Counted from the first letter of the stretch, positions 25,758 through 40,107 are shown. The stretch is DNA of 64,000 bases from Octopus vulgaris (GCA_951406725.2 OX597842.1:8556001-8620000); one strand, 5' to 3'. Notes: generated from the letters alone by a model not told the origin. Made by a program: numbers and translations.

Positions 25758-25769
25758 CTTGAGACAGTT
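25758..25769 (-). CDS. Candidate 12-nt microexon (AAC TGT CTC AAG = NCLK) of the CTTNBP2-like gene
   Basis: Minus strand reads long polypyrimidine tract-ttcttgctaaccattcctatag|AACTGTCTCAAG|gtaagtg: branch point-like ctaac, AG, and a consensus donor. Frame-compatible with the phase-0 exon at 13921. Confidence 0.6.
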
Positions 25770-26041
25770 CTATAGGAATGGTTAGCAAGAAAAAAGGGAA
25801 AGAGAAGAGAGAATGGAATTGTGAGACAGAGAGAGAGAGAGAAATAGGGAGGAGGGAGAGAGAGAGGGGGAGAGATAGAGAGAGGGTAGAAAGATATGGG
25901 GTATATCACTAACGCATACACACACACACACATGCATCTTTGTCATCACCAACAGGACTGTCATCGTCAGCATCAGTTTTGTTGTTGTTGTTGCTAACAA
26001 CTGCCATTGCTCCGACCACCTTCGCTGCCACGATCAATGTC

Positions 26042-26075
<34 letters not shown>

Positions 26076-26384
26076 TCATCACCATCACTGGCAACCACCA
26101 CAACCACCATCAGCACCATCATTATCATTATCGCCATCACCATCATCCTTATCACCATTGCCACCATCAGCACTATCATCATCATAATCACTGGCAACCA
26201 CCACCACCACCACCATCATTATCATCATCATCATCATCATCACCATCACCATCACCACCATCATCTAGTCATCACCTTCATCATAATCATCATCATCATC
26301 ATTGCTGTAATCATCACCATCACCACCACAAGTATGATCATCAGCAGCAGCACAACCAACACCACCATGATAATTGTCATCATC

Positions 26385-26620
26385 ATCACCATCATCATTG
26401 TTGACAACACCACCACTACCATCATCATTGTTGACAACACCACCACTACCATCATCATCATCATCATCACCATCATCATTGTTGACAACACCACCACTAC
26501 CATCATCATTGTTGACAACACCACCACTACCATCATCATTGTTGACAACACCACCACTACCATCATCATCATCATCATCACCATCATCATTGTTGACAAC
26601 ACCACCACTACCATCATCAT
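26385..26620. repeat. 30-bp minisatellite (accatcatcattgttgacaacaccaccact) within a CAT/CAC tract
   Basis: Six copies of the gttgacaac core. Confidence 0.85.
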
Positions 26621-26859
26621 CACCGCTATCGTCCACACCATCCACCACCACCCACTTACATCAACATCAACATTAACAGGAGTAATTAAAGAATGAGAAA
26701 CAAGCTTTCAGTGGCCCCTTGACCTATTAAAAATAGCAGCCAAGTTCCTCCACAGAAAAACACAAAGGAAGGACACACTAGAAAATTTATTTTTAGATAT
26801 GCAAAAAAAAAAAAATAGAAACAAGCAAAAAAAACAGGATGGAAGTGGAGAGTGTCATG

Positions 26860-27280
26860 GATGGAATGTCTTCAATCAATTTTGTTGAGTCAGGACTGAC
26901 CTGGGGCCAACCAACAATAACAGAGACTAATATTCATACTATACATTAGGTAATGTAGTCCTAGATACACTATGTCTGAATATGAGACGGGATGGTCACA
27001 GCTGGAACATCTTTGATCATAGGTCTACTGCATCAAGACTGACCTGGGGCTAAACAACAACTATATCCATTAATACGGCTATATTGTACATTAGATAATG
27101 TAGTCTTAGATACACTATGTCTGAATAAAAGATGGGGTGGTCACAGCTGGAGCATCTCTGATTGTAGGTCTGGTGGATCAGGACTGACTTGGGGCTAAAA
27201 AACAACAGCATTTATAGCTGTTATTACTAACTGCTATACTGTACATTAGGTAATGCACTCCTAGATACACTACGCCAGAA
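26860..27280. repeat. ~130-150 bp satellite, three to four units; reverse complement of the 49.5-50.45k array
   Basis: Repeats of taatgtagtcctagatacactatg...ggtcacagctggaac...gacctggggctaaac. Confidence 0.8.
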
Positions 27281-27501
27281 TGAAATAAAGCATTTTATGC
27301 AGTATCTAGGTGAGACCTGAGGTTTTTATAGGCGCAGGAGTGGCTGTGTGGTAAGTAGCTTGCTTACCAGCCACATGGTTCCGGGTTCAGTCCCACTGCG
27401 TGGCACCTTGGGCAAGTGTTTTCTACTATAGCCTTGGGCCAACCGAAGCCTTGTGAGTGGATTTGGTAGACGGAAACTGAAAGAAGCCTGTCGTATATAT
27501 G

Positions 27502-27530
<29 letters not shown>

Positions 27531-27532
<2 letters not shown>

Positions 27533-27917
27533 TGGGATACTTGGAACAAAACCTATATAAAAAAATTGAAGAGAACTATGGCATGACCTTTAAAAGATAT
27601 ATAGAGGACACATGGAGAAGATACCTCGATGGTTGTTTCCTAATTTGGACCAAATTCCTAGAAAATCTGGAAGAATTCAGCACCCTCCTCAACAATCTAC
27701 ATCCTAGTCACAAATTCACAAGAGAAATGAGCAGCACACAATTACCATTTCTTGACATAATGGTAATTATTTTTAATTACCAAAATCACAACTGATATTT
27801 ATTACAAAAGCACAGATATATACCAGTACCTAAATTTCAAATCATGCCACCCAACACATACAAAACACAACATCCTGTACTGTTTAGCCAGGAAAATTTG
27901 TACCATAGTCGATGATC

Positions 27918-27920
<3 letters not shown>
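27531..27920 (+). mobile_element. Penelope-like element reverse transcriptase fragment (degenerate)
   Basis: WRRYLDGCFLIW (YxDD box degenerate), NNLHPSHKFTRE, LPFLDIMV, YLNFKSCHP; inserted in the (TA)n of a SINE. Confidence 0.8.
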
Positions 27921-27965
<45 letters not shown>

Positions 27966-27968
27966 CAC

Positions 27969-28000
<32 letters not shown>

Positions 28001-28929
28001 ATATGTTTGTGTGTCTGTATTTGTCCCCCTAGCATTGCTTGACAACCGATGCTGGTGTGTTTACGTCCCCATAACTTAGCAGTTCGGCAAAGAGACCGAT
28101 AGAATAAGTACTAGGCTACAAAGAATAAGTCCTGGGGTCGAATTAGGTGTAGGAGTGGCTGTGTGGAGTAGCTTGCTTACGAAACACATGGTTCCGGGTT
28201 CAGTCCCACTGCGTGGCACCTTGGTCAAGACTCTTAGCCTCGGGCTGACCAAAGGCTTGTGAGTGGATTTGGTAGACGGAAACTGAAAGAAGCCTGTCAT
28301 ATGTATGTACATCCTTGTTGTATGTGTGTGTGTGTGTGTGTGTTTGTATGTGTTTGTGTATGTTTGAGTGTGTGTGTGTGTGTGTGTCACATTTGCCCAA
28401 AACAACAGAATCCCATTCACTGGTATGTTTACGTCCCCGTCACTTAGCGGTTCGGCAAAAGAGACTGATAGAATAATTACTAGGCTTACAAAGAATAAGT
28501 CCTGGGGTCGATTTGCTCGAATAAAGGCTGTGCTCCAGCATGGCCACAGTCACATGACTGAAACAAGTAAGAGAGTATCCACATTACTGCAAATAAGTTA
28601 ACACAGTAGGCTCTACATGATATCTCACTTTGCTGAAAACAGCAGCTAAATAACTTCACAAGCACACATAAACATATTCATACAGACAAATGACTCAGAG
28701 GGGGGAAGGTCAGAGGTCAAGTGTATCAAAAGTGATTGTTGTTGTTGCTGTTGATTTTAAGTGGTTGAAGGAGATGAGTAAGGAGTCATTGCCAAGATTA
28801 CATCCTTGTTGTACGTGTGTGTGTGTGTGTGTTTGTATGTGAGTATGTGTGTTTGTGTGGTGTGTATGTGTTTGTATGTGTGTGTGTGTTTGTATGTGTT
28901 TGTATATGTTTGAGTGTGTGTGTGTGTCA

Positions 28930-30135
28930 CATCTGCCCCAAACAACAGAATCCGATTCACTGTTAGTTTTGATGCAACATATTTATATACTAACATTCCA
29001 CATGATTTGGGACTGACTGCCATAAAATATCGGAGTCAAGAGACATTAGAGAAGCAATCCTCAATAGATTTACTGTAACCGTCATACTAGACACAGTCAG
29101 CCTCATCAATGAAAATAATACATTCTTTTCCAATGGAAAAACTACCTCCAAATTTAAGGCACAGCAATGGGGACGCAATTTGCTCCAGTTTTCGCAAACT
29201 CAGTATTGGGATACTTGGAACAAAACCTATATTAAAAAATTGAAGAGAACTACAGCATGACCTTTAAAAGATATATAGAGGACACATGGAGAAGATACCT
29301 CGATGGTTGTTTTCTAATTTGGACCGAATCCCTAGAAAATCTGGAAGAATTCAGCACCCTTCTTAACAATTTACATCCTAGTCACAAATTCACAAGAGAA
29401 ATGAGCACCACACAATTACCATTTCTTGACATAATGGTAATTAAAAACAACACAAGGCACAGCAATGGGGACGCAATTTGCTCCAGTTTTCGCAAACTCA
29501 GTATTGGGATACTTGGAACAAAACCTATATAAAAAAAAAAATTAAGAGAACTATGGCATGACCTTTAAAAGATATATAAAGGACACATGGGGAAGATACC
29601 TCAATGGTTGTTTCCTAATTTGGACCAAATTCCTAGAAAATCTGGAAGAATTCAGCACCCTCCTCAACAATCTACATCCTAGTCACAAATTCACAAGAGA
29701 AATGAGCAGCACACAATTACCATTTCTTGACATAATGGTAATTATTTTTAATTACCAAAATCACAACTGATATTTATTACAAAAGCACAGATATATACCA
29801 GTACCTAAATTTCAAATCATGTTACCCAACAAATACAAAACACAACAGTACAGGTACTGTTTAGCCAGAAAAATTTGTCGATGATCCAAATACCAGGAAC
29901 ATATGACTTATAGAACTCAAAGGATTTCTGCTCAAGCAAAACTACCTACTCCTACTTATAGAAAATAGCATACAATGAGCAAAGGAGATACCTACAGAAC
30001 AACTTAGGGCAACACAAAAAAGATGACCCCATCAAAGGATCACAATACCATTTCTAGTAACACACAATCTGCATCAACAAAACATTTTTAACATCATCAT
30101 CAAAATAAATTTGCCAATCGTAAAACAAAGTGAAA
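28930..30135 (+). mobile_element. Penelope-like RT pseudogene with an internal tandem duplication
   Basis: LVSFDATYLYTNIPH, a GTAMG-like motif and two copies of the WRRYLD/N...LPFLDIMV segment, with frameshifts and stops. Confidence 0.8.
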
Positions 30136-30142
30136 AATTAAA

Positions 30143-30863
30143 CCCTTTTGTTACCAACCCAGCTGAAACTGGCCCTGGCTCTATAGTACAAATGCCTTGT
30201 TTTCATAAGTTTTGAGTTAAAATCTTCCACCAAACCTTAGTCACAGTTTATGTTCCTAACATTAGCTGAATGATAACTAAGTTATTTTATTAAATTCTTT
30301 GTTATATTTAAAATTAATTGAAAGAAACACAGAACATCTCAACAGAAATACAGTAATGAAAGGGTTAAAGTCACCGTGATATTTTTAACCCTTTTGATAT
30401 AAATCTGGCTGAAACCGGCTCTGGCTTTGTAGTACAAATGTTTTGTTTTCAGAAGTTTTGAATTAAAAATCTTCCACCAAACCTTAATCACAACCTATGT
30501 TCCTAACACTGGCTTAATGATAATGAAGTTATTTTACTAAATTCTTTGTTATATTTAAAATTGATTGAAAGAAACACAGAGCACCTCAACAGAAGTATGG
30601 TAACAAAAGGCTTAAAATATACAATAGAGAAACAATTCTTAATCCTTTTGATATCAACCCGGCTGAAACCACCTCTGGCTCTGTAGTACAAATGTCTTGT
30701 TTTTATAAGTTTTGAGTTAAAATCTTCCACCAAACCTTAGTCAAAATTCATGTTCCTAACATTAGCTGAATGATAACTAAGTTATTTTACTAAATTCTTT
30801 GTTATATTTAAAGTAATTGAAAGAAACACAGAGCATCTCAAAATAAATACAGTAATGAAAGGG
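30143..30863. mobile_element. Three adjacent copies of the same 220-bp piggyBac-type MITE
   Basis: Copies at about 30143-30364, 30389-30611 and 30643-30863, each bounded by TTAA-like sites and homologous to 15231-15450. Confidence 0.8.
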
Positions 30864-31734
30864 TTAAGGGTACACTTGTCTGTGGAGTGCTCAGTCACTA
30901 GGACATAAAGAATATATATACATGCATATCTTTTACTTTTTACTCATTTCTGTCATCAGACTGTGGCCATGCTGGAGCACCGCCAACGAAATATTCCCCA
31001 GAATTTATTTTCTTTTTAAGCCTGTTACTTATTCTATCGGTCTCTTTTGCTGAAACCCTAAGTCATAGGACCATAAACAAACCAACACTGGTTCATAGGG
31101 GACAGACACAAACACAATAACAAACACACACACACATATATGCAACTAGCTTCTTTCAGTTTCTGTCTACCAAATTCGCTCACATGTCCTTGGTTGGCCC
31201 AAGGCTATAGTAGAAGTCGCATGCCCAAGGTGCCACGCAGTGGGACTGAAACCAGAACCATGTGGTTGGGAATTAATCTCAGTCATGCCTGCAGCTTATA
31301 TAACTATCAATTTCAAATGTTAGCACAAAGCCAGCAATTTCAGGTGTGCAGGTAAGTCGATAACATCAACCCCAATACACAACTGGTACTTAATTTATCA
31401 ACCCTGAAAGGATGAAAGGCAAAGCCGACCTCGGTGGAATTTGAACTTAGATTGTAGAGATGGGTGAAATGCCACATTCTGCAGTTCACTACTTTAAAAA
31501 TATACTATAATACTCTTGTGTTTTTCTCTGTCACAACATATGAGAAAGGAAGGGGTGATGGTAAGATGGTAGTGGAAGCATATATACCAAATCCACTCAC
31601 AAGGCTTTGGTCAGCCCGAGGCCATATTAGAAGACACTTGTCCAAGGTGTCACGCAGTGGAACTGAATCTGAAACCATGTGGTTGGTAAGCAAGCTACTT
31701 ACCACACAGCCACTCCTATGTCTATGATGTATAC

Positions 31735-33095
31735 TAATGAGGAAGACCTCTACATGGTAACCAGATATGTTAGAAATACCTGCCAAATCTCCCTCAAATT
31801 GCCCCTTTCTGTTTTATGTCTGTATATATGAACCAATGAAGGAAATCTCTACATCACAACTAGACCTGCTAGAAACAACAGCCAAATTCCTCTCAAATCA
31901 CATTCTGCTGTCTTTATGTCTGTATATACCTATGCATGAGCTAACAAGGGAAACCTCTATATGGTAACTGGACTTCTTAGAAATAGCAGCCAAATCTCTC
32001 TCAGACCACATGCTTGTGTCTTAAAATACATTAAACAATCTAGACCTGTTAGAAATAGCAGCCAAATCTCCCTCAAATCACATCCTACTGACCCCATCTG
32101 TATATATGTATGAGCTAACAAGGGAAACCTCTATAGGTAACTGGACTTCTTAGAAATAGCAGCCAAATCTTTCTCAGACCATATGTTTGTGTCTTAAAAT
32201 ACATTAAACAATCTAGACCTGTTAGAAATAGCAGCCAAATCTTCCCCAAATCATATCCTAATGCCTATGTGTGCATGACATTGAAGGCAACCTCTTCATG
32301 GTAACTTGATATACTACAAATAGCAGGCAAATCTCCCCAAGACACACCCAACAGGTTTATATATGTATATATGCTAATGAAGGAGACCTCTACATGGTAA
32401 TTAGATATGTTAGAAACAGCAGTGAAATCTCTCTCAAACCACATACTTGTATCTTAAAATGCATTAAACAATATAGACCTGTTAGAAATAGCAGCCAAAT
32501 CTCCCTCAAATCACACCCTACTGTCTTACATCTGTATATAATGTATAAGCCAACAAGGGAAGTCTCTTTATGGTAACTCGAATTGTTAGAAACAGCAGCC
32601 AAATCTACCTCAAAATGACATCCTACTATCTCATGTATACATATATGTATATGACATTGTTGGCAACCTCTACATGGTAACTAGATATGTTGGAAATAGC
32701 AGTCAAATCATTCTCAAATCACCTTGTTGTGTCTTAGAATATATTAAGCAATGCAGACCTGCTAGAAATAGCTGTCAAATCTGCCTCAAACCACACCTTA
32801 CTACCTTACTTTTGTATATATGAGCCAATGAGGGAAACCTCTACATGGGAGCTAGACACGCTAGAAATAGCAGTCAAATCTCCTTCAAATCACATCCCAC
32901 TGTCTTATGTATGTATGAGCCAATGATGGAAACTTCTACATGGTCACTAAATATGCTAGAAATAGCAGCCAAATCTCCTTCAAATCACAGCCTACTGTCT
33001 TCTGTATGAGCCAATGATGGAAACTTCAACATGGTCACTAGATATGCTAGAAATAGCAGTCAAATCTCCTTCAAATCACATCCTAATGTAATAGA
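31735..33095. repeat. Diverged satellite with core tagaaatagcagccaaatctccctcaaatcaca
   Basis: The core recurs every ~75-110 bp over 1.35 kb. Confidence 0.85.
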
Positions 33096-33284
33096 ATACA
33101 TTAAATGTAGTGTTTGATATAGCTCTAAAATTAATTAAAAAAATTTAATTAACTCGACTTCAGGCTGAACAACAACAATGACTACAACAGCAAAAACATT
33201 GCCAGTAACAGACATTACAACCACGACCACCACCATATGCACGTCCCAACCACTTGTACTGTTTGCTATACTGATACACGCATA

Positions 33285-33432
33285 CCACCGTCATCGCTGC
33301 CACCATCACCACATACCACCACCACCACCACCACCAACACTACCACCACCACACAGGCAAACATGGCATTATCACCATCACCATCACCACCACTGTCATT
33401 CTGGTATACCTAGCATCACCATCAACTTCATC

Positions 33433-33477
<45 letters not shown>

Positions 33478-34357
33478 TTCATCTTCATCATCATCATCAT
33501 CTTCATCAATATCATCACTGCCATTATCATCATCATCATCATCATTCTCTACCATTATCATCATCATCATCATCATCATCTTCATCAACATCATCACTGC
33601 CATTATCATCATCATCATCATCAACATCATCACTGCCATTATCATCATCAGCATCATTGTCTACCATCATCATCATCATCATCATCATCACTGCCATTAT
33701 CATCATCATCATCACTGCCATTATCATCATCATCATCATTGCCATCGTCATAATCATCATCATCATCATCATCATTATATACAGCAGCCAGCTGTTATCA
33801 CCATTTCATACCAGTGGCTCTCCATTGCCACCACCACCACCACAGACTGGTAGCATCATCATCACCATCATCATGTACAGCACTAACAATACCACAACCA
33901 CCACCATCGCTGCAACTCCCCCTCCCCACTGCCACTGCAACAATCACCACAATCATCGCCCCCACCCCGTCCCATCATTATCATCATCATCATCATCATC
34001 ATCATCACAACTGGTAACATCTTCACCACAACCACCACCACCACCACCACCACCATTAACATCATCATCAGCAGCAGCATAATCACCACCTCCATATTCA
34101 CCAAATCCACCACCACCACAACCATCATCATAAGCAGCAGCAGCAGTAGCGTAATCATCAACTCCACCTAACCACCACCACTACCACCACCACAACCATC
34201 ATCATAAGCAGCAGCAGCAGTAGCATAATCATCAACTCCACCTTACCACCACCACTACCACCACCACAACCACCATCACCACCACCACCACCACAACCAC
34301 CATCGTCATCATCATCATCATCATCATCATCATCGCCACCACCACAACAGCCACCAC

Positions 34358-34394
<37 letters not shown>

Positions 34395-36770
34395 GCCACC
34401 ACAACCATCACCTCCACCATCACTACTACCAGCATCAGCAGTATCATGCCACCACCACCACCACCACCACCACCACCACAACCACCACCACTGCCATCAT
34501 CATCATCGTCATCATCATCATCATCATCATCATCACCCCATCCCCACCCCGCCAAAACAGTCACTGGCCGCAGTAGTAAACAGAGAACAGCACATCTGAT
34601 TGCCATCATTATTGCTGCTGCCAGGAAGAGTAGAAGCACAGCAAGCAGAGGCTGAAGAGGAAGAGAGAACCATCAACAAACAGCACCACCTGTGTCAGCT
34701 GTTGTGGAGATGAGGATGGGGGGGGGAAGCGAGAAGAGGAGGGGGGGGAGGAGAAAGAAGGAGGGAATAGAGGGGAGGGGAAGGGGAGGTGGTGGAGGAG
34801 AGGGAGGAGGAGGAGAATTGGAAGAAGGGAAAGAAGGTAGGAAGGAAGGAAGGAAGGAAGGAAGGAAGGAAGGAAGGAAGGAAGGAAGGAAGGAAGGAAG
34901 GAAGGAAGGAAAGAGGTGTAGAGAGAGAGAGAGAAAGAGGAAGAAGGAGAAGAAGAAGAATTGGAAGAAGAAAAAGAAGAAGAAGAATCGGAAGAAGGAA
35001 AAGAAGAAGAAGAAGAAGAAGAAGAAGAAGAAGAAGAAGAAGAAGAAGAAGAAGAAGAAGAAGAAGAAGAAGAAAAGGAAGGAATGAAAGGAGGAAGGGA
35101 GAAAGGAGAGAAGGAAAAAGAAGTGCAGAGGGAGAGAGAAAGAAAAGAAAGGAAGGAAGAAATGGAGAGAGAGAGAAAGAAGAAAAGGAAAGAAGGAAGA
35201 AAACAAACGGGGAAAGAAAGGAAGGAACGAAGGCAAGCAGGAAAGAAGGAATAAATAAAGAAAGAAAGAAAGAAAGAAAGAAAGAATGAAAGAGTGAAAG
35301 AGATGCACAACAAAGATGAAGGAAAGAAAAAAACAGGGAATGAAAGAAAGCGAAGGAGAAATAGGAAAAGAAAGGCTGAGAGAAGAAAAAAAGCCAAGAA
35401 AGAAGGGAAAGAAAAGGATTTTTAAAAATGCCAAAAAAAAGTATATATATATGAAGAGAGCAAGTAATCTCCTCCCCTGCACCCCACCCCACCCCCAGTG
35501 TCTTGGATTGCCACCACCACCACCATTACCACCATTGCAACCAGTAGCATCATCATCATCAGCACCACTGCAGCTGCCACAGGCATCACCATCGCCACTG
35601 CCATCGCCGCTGCTGTTTATCGCCATGACAACAGGTGGCTGGCAGCCTTATCATCACCATCCGCGTCATTATCACCATCACCACCAGCACCACCACCACC
35701 ACCACGATCAGCGCATCATCATCATCATCATCATCAGTATCATTAGCATCATCACCACCATGCCACCACCATCACCATCACCAACATTATCATCATCGTC
35801 GTCATCATTATCATCATCACCACCACCATCATCATCATTGCATCACCATCGTCAGAATCATCATCACCACCACCAACACCATCAGTATCATCATCATCAT
35901 TATTACCATCATCACCACCACCATCACCAACAGTATCATCATCATCGCCATCATTATCATCACCGCTACAACCACCACCACCACCACCATCATCATTGCA
36001 TCACCACCACCATCATCAACAATATCATCATCATCACCCCCACAACCACCAACACCAACACCATCGTCATCATTGCATCACCATCGTCAGTATCATCACC
36101 ACCACCACCACCACCACCGCCATCATCATTACCCTCATCACCACCACCATCACCATCGCAACCACCACCTCCATCATCATCATCACCACCACCACCGCCA
36201 CCATCATTGCCCTCATCACCACCACCATCACCATCGTTATCATCATCACCATCACAACCACCACCTACATCATTATCATCATCATCATCACCACCATCAT
36301 TGCCCTCATCACCATCATCATCACCATCACAACCTCCATCATCATCATCATCATCTTGTTTCCTACTTTCATCCCGACCGACCGCAGCCTCCATCCATGC
36401 TCTTCCTTGTAACAAGCCAACACAGAAGCACTCTGCCATTTATCCTACACTCCTGCCACCTCCACCACCACCACCACCAACAACACCACCACCGCCACCA
36501 TCCCCAATCATCCCATCTGCCAACTTCCCCACCACCCCCACCACCGCCACAAAATTCCATAGCCACTACAGCTACTAATACTACCATTTACCAACACCAC
36601 CACTGTTACTACTAATGCTACCTCTACCACTTGCTCTAGTAATAGAGTTGTTACTACTGCCAACACCACCACCACCACGACTATAAAGACCATAAATTAG
36701 TACTACTACTACTACTACTACTAACCATGACTATTACTACTACTACTACTACCACTGCTGTTGCTACTAT
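33285..36770. repeat. Low-complexity block: (CAT/CAC)n - purine tract - (CAT/CAC)n
   Basis: Trinucleotide mosaics flank a purine-rich tract at ~34710-35420 containing (GGAA)n and (GAA)n. Confidence 0.9.
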
Positions 36771-37023
36771 TGGCACTTTGCCAATGCTGTCATGACTTGT
36801 TATTGTAGTTAACAGGCAGTGTATGTCTGACATACATACGTGTGCGTGTGTCTGTGTGTGTGTGTGTGTGTGTATACACTTGTGGGGGGTGTGTTGGTAT
36901 GTCTGTGAGAGTTTGTGAGTATGCACATACACAGTGGAAACTGCTTATTGTAATCATAGGTTATGCAATCAACCAATTATTGTTATCAAATTATATATAT
37001 ATATATATATGCATATATGTATG

Positions 37024-37049
<26 letters not shown>

Positions 37050-37079
<30 letters not shown>

Positions 37080-37589
37080 TAGATGGATAGATAGATAGGT
37101 GATAGATAGATAGATAGATAGATAGATATATATATATACACACACGTGCACACATATATATACAAACACATTTATGTACATACATTACTATGCATAGTTA
37201 TTTAAAGAACTACGTATCTATCTATATATATATATAATACACACATGCATATGTATACATACATACATACATATATATATATACATTCATATATATGTAT
37301 ACACACACACTTATGAACATATACACACAGAAATATATCTATATACATACACATTGATATATATATACACACACATACACACATATGCATGCACACAGTT
37401 CAACATACGCACATATATTTATATTTATATACATACATAGAGTTCAACACACACAGACCCATATATATATATATACATACATGCATACACACATACTCTG
37501 ACACAAAAATATATATTCAAAGTGGTGGCCCAGCATGGCTGCAGTTAAATGACTGAAACAAGTACAAGATAAAAGATATATATGTATGC

Positions 37590-37668
<79 letters not shown>

Positions 37669-37786
37669 TAGATAGATACACATACACACACACAGATATA
37701 TATATACACAGACTTCAACACACACGAACATATATATATATATATATATACATATATACATACATAGTTATTTATAAAAATAGATT

Positions 37787-37830
<44 letters not shown>

Positions 37831-37966
37831 AACACATATATATATACTTCAACATACACACACAGAAACACACATATATATTTCAACACACACATACACA
37901 CATACACAGATATATATACACAGACTTCAACACAGACACAAAAATAGTTATTTATAAAAATACATT

Positions 37967-38039
<73 letters not shown>

Positions 38040-38040
38040 T

Positions 38041-38113
<73 letters not shown>

Positions 38114-38849
38114 ATATATACTTCAACACACACATACACACACTCATACACACAAAAGCACCCGCTTATTACAATCACAGCTTATATAACCAACTGCTTT
38201 TATTGTTACAAAAATTAGCAGAGCCCAAACTCTTTACAAGTTGAACGTTTATCAGCCGGTCTGTGTACATATGCACATGAGTGTGTGTGTGTGTGTGTGT
38301 GTGAGCGCATGTGTGTTGTTTATGACGTCAGAAGCATTGAACATGAGATGAACGTCAACAAATGAACGTTTCTTTTTCCTTTTTTCGTACCATTTCTTCA
38401 GAGCAGGTATCACTGCAATATGAGGCCTACCATTAACCATTTAACCATTTAAGAATATTGTATCACGTTAAAAAAATCTCTGCTCAAGATAGAAGCAGAA
38501 TACAAACCAAAAATGTATCGCTTGTGAGCTACTTTAATGTGGCAGTCCTCTTAAGAGGTGACGATACTGCAGTTAAACCCCAGGAAGACATTTCCTTGGT
38601 GGTGGGCACTTGTTGCCAGGCACGGCTGCAGTTTACCTTGCTTGTAATATATAGAAGTAGTAAAGATTGTTTGCCAACATAATATGGCTGTCCTGGTTTA
38701 GGACTAATGTTGCTGTAATTTAGCCCCAGGAGATATCATCTCCAACTGGCTATACAACACAGTGTGTGTGTGTGTATGATATATGTATGCATGTATATCT
38801 TTATATATATGTATATATGTGTGTGTGTGTGTGTGTGTGCGCACGTCTC

Positions 38850-38888
<39 letters not shown>

Positions 38889-39163
38889 GTTTTAAACATG
38901 ATAAACGTATTATAGGCACCTGGTCCTACTGTTTAAGTTTCACATTTAGTTCATGTAGTTTCTTCAATAAGAACAATCATGATTTTATTTCTGTAAGAAA
39001 TATTGTTTAATTCTATTTGATTATCTATTTAACTATTATTGTTATTATTGTTGACCTGAGGAGTGACTATACTTTTAAATTGAATTGTTTTTCGATTAAA
39101 TTTAAATACAATGTTGCTATACAACACAATGTGTGTGCATGTGTGTATGTGTGTATGTGTGTG

Positions 39164-39219
<56 letters not shown>

Positions 39220-40009
39220 GAGAATTCACAAAAATGAAAGAAAAAGACAGGTGGTGTAGAAAATAAACATATGTATTAGTATAACGCTCGGGAATTGAAA
39301 AAGTCTTTAACATATATTAACACAGAAAGAAACAAGGAGAGAAAAAATGTGTAGTGGCTAGCGATCTATCATGGCGATATATATATATATATAATTATAT
39401 ATAAAAAAACGTTTTGCAAAAGTTTTTACCGATAATGGCTTTTTCAATACCGAAACTACTTGGTAAAATTTATTAATTATTAAATTAATAATTATTTACC
39501 CTATATCTGTAATAATATACATATAATGTATGTGTACCTACAGTATTTTATATACACACACACTCACACAAACATATCTCTCTATATATAAACGGCAGTT
39601 TGTCTGTGCGTTTTCTGTGTGTCTGTTTTCTCGTACCCTCACTCTGACCACGGCTTTCAACCGATTCTGATGAAACTTGACACACACATAGCCCAATGTC
39701 ATAATTCAAAACTAACGCAGCGAAAATTTTGAAAAGTTCCCCCAGTTCTGAAAAAAATCGATAAATTCGACATGGGGTCGAGAATTAGAAACCAAAACCA
39801 CAGACTGTCTAGGGGACGCAACTCTACCTTTTTTAACTCTCAAAAAAAATTTACCAGCATTTTTTTTCCATTCTTTTTCTATTTTTTGGCTATAACTCTC
39901 TAAAAATGCTTTAAATAACTATGCATAGTAATGTATGTACATAAATGTGTTTGTATATATATGTGTGCACGTGTGTGTATATATATATATATGTGTATGT
40001 ATATCTATA

Positions 40010-40041
<32 letters not shown>

Positions 40042-40053
40042 CATCTATCTATA

Positions 40054-40107
<54 letters not shown>

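Noticed and set aside
34690-34698. Possible third microexon on the minus strand (acaacag|CTGACACAG|gtggtg)
   Set aside because: The donor is poor and such AG...GT spacing is expected by chance after a long pyrimidine tract.
33178-36615. His/Pro/Ser/Ile-rich ORFs up to 420 aa
   Set aside because: Stop-free trinucleotide and purine repeats open in several frames on both strands, with no convincing splice or domain support.
38458-38682. Identical 74-aa ORFs at 38458 and 41427
   Set aside because: Explained by the local duplication; related fragments at 43.0-44.1k in both orientations indicate a repeat, and no domain is recognisable.
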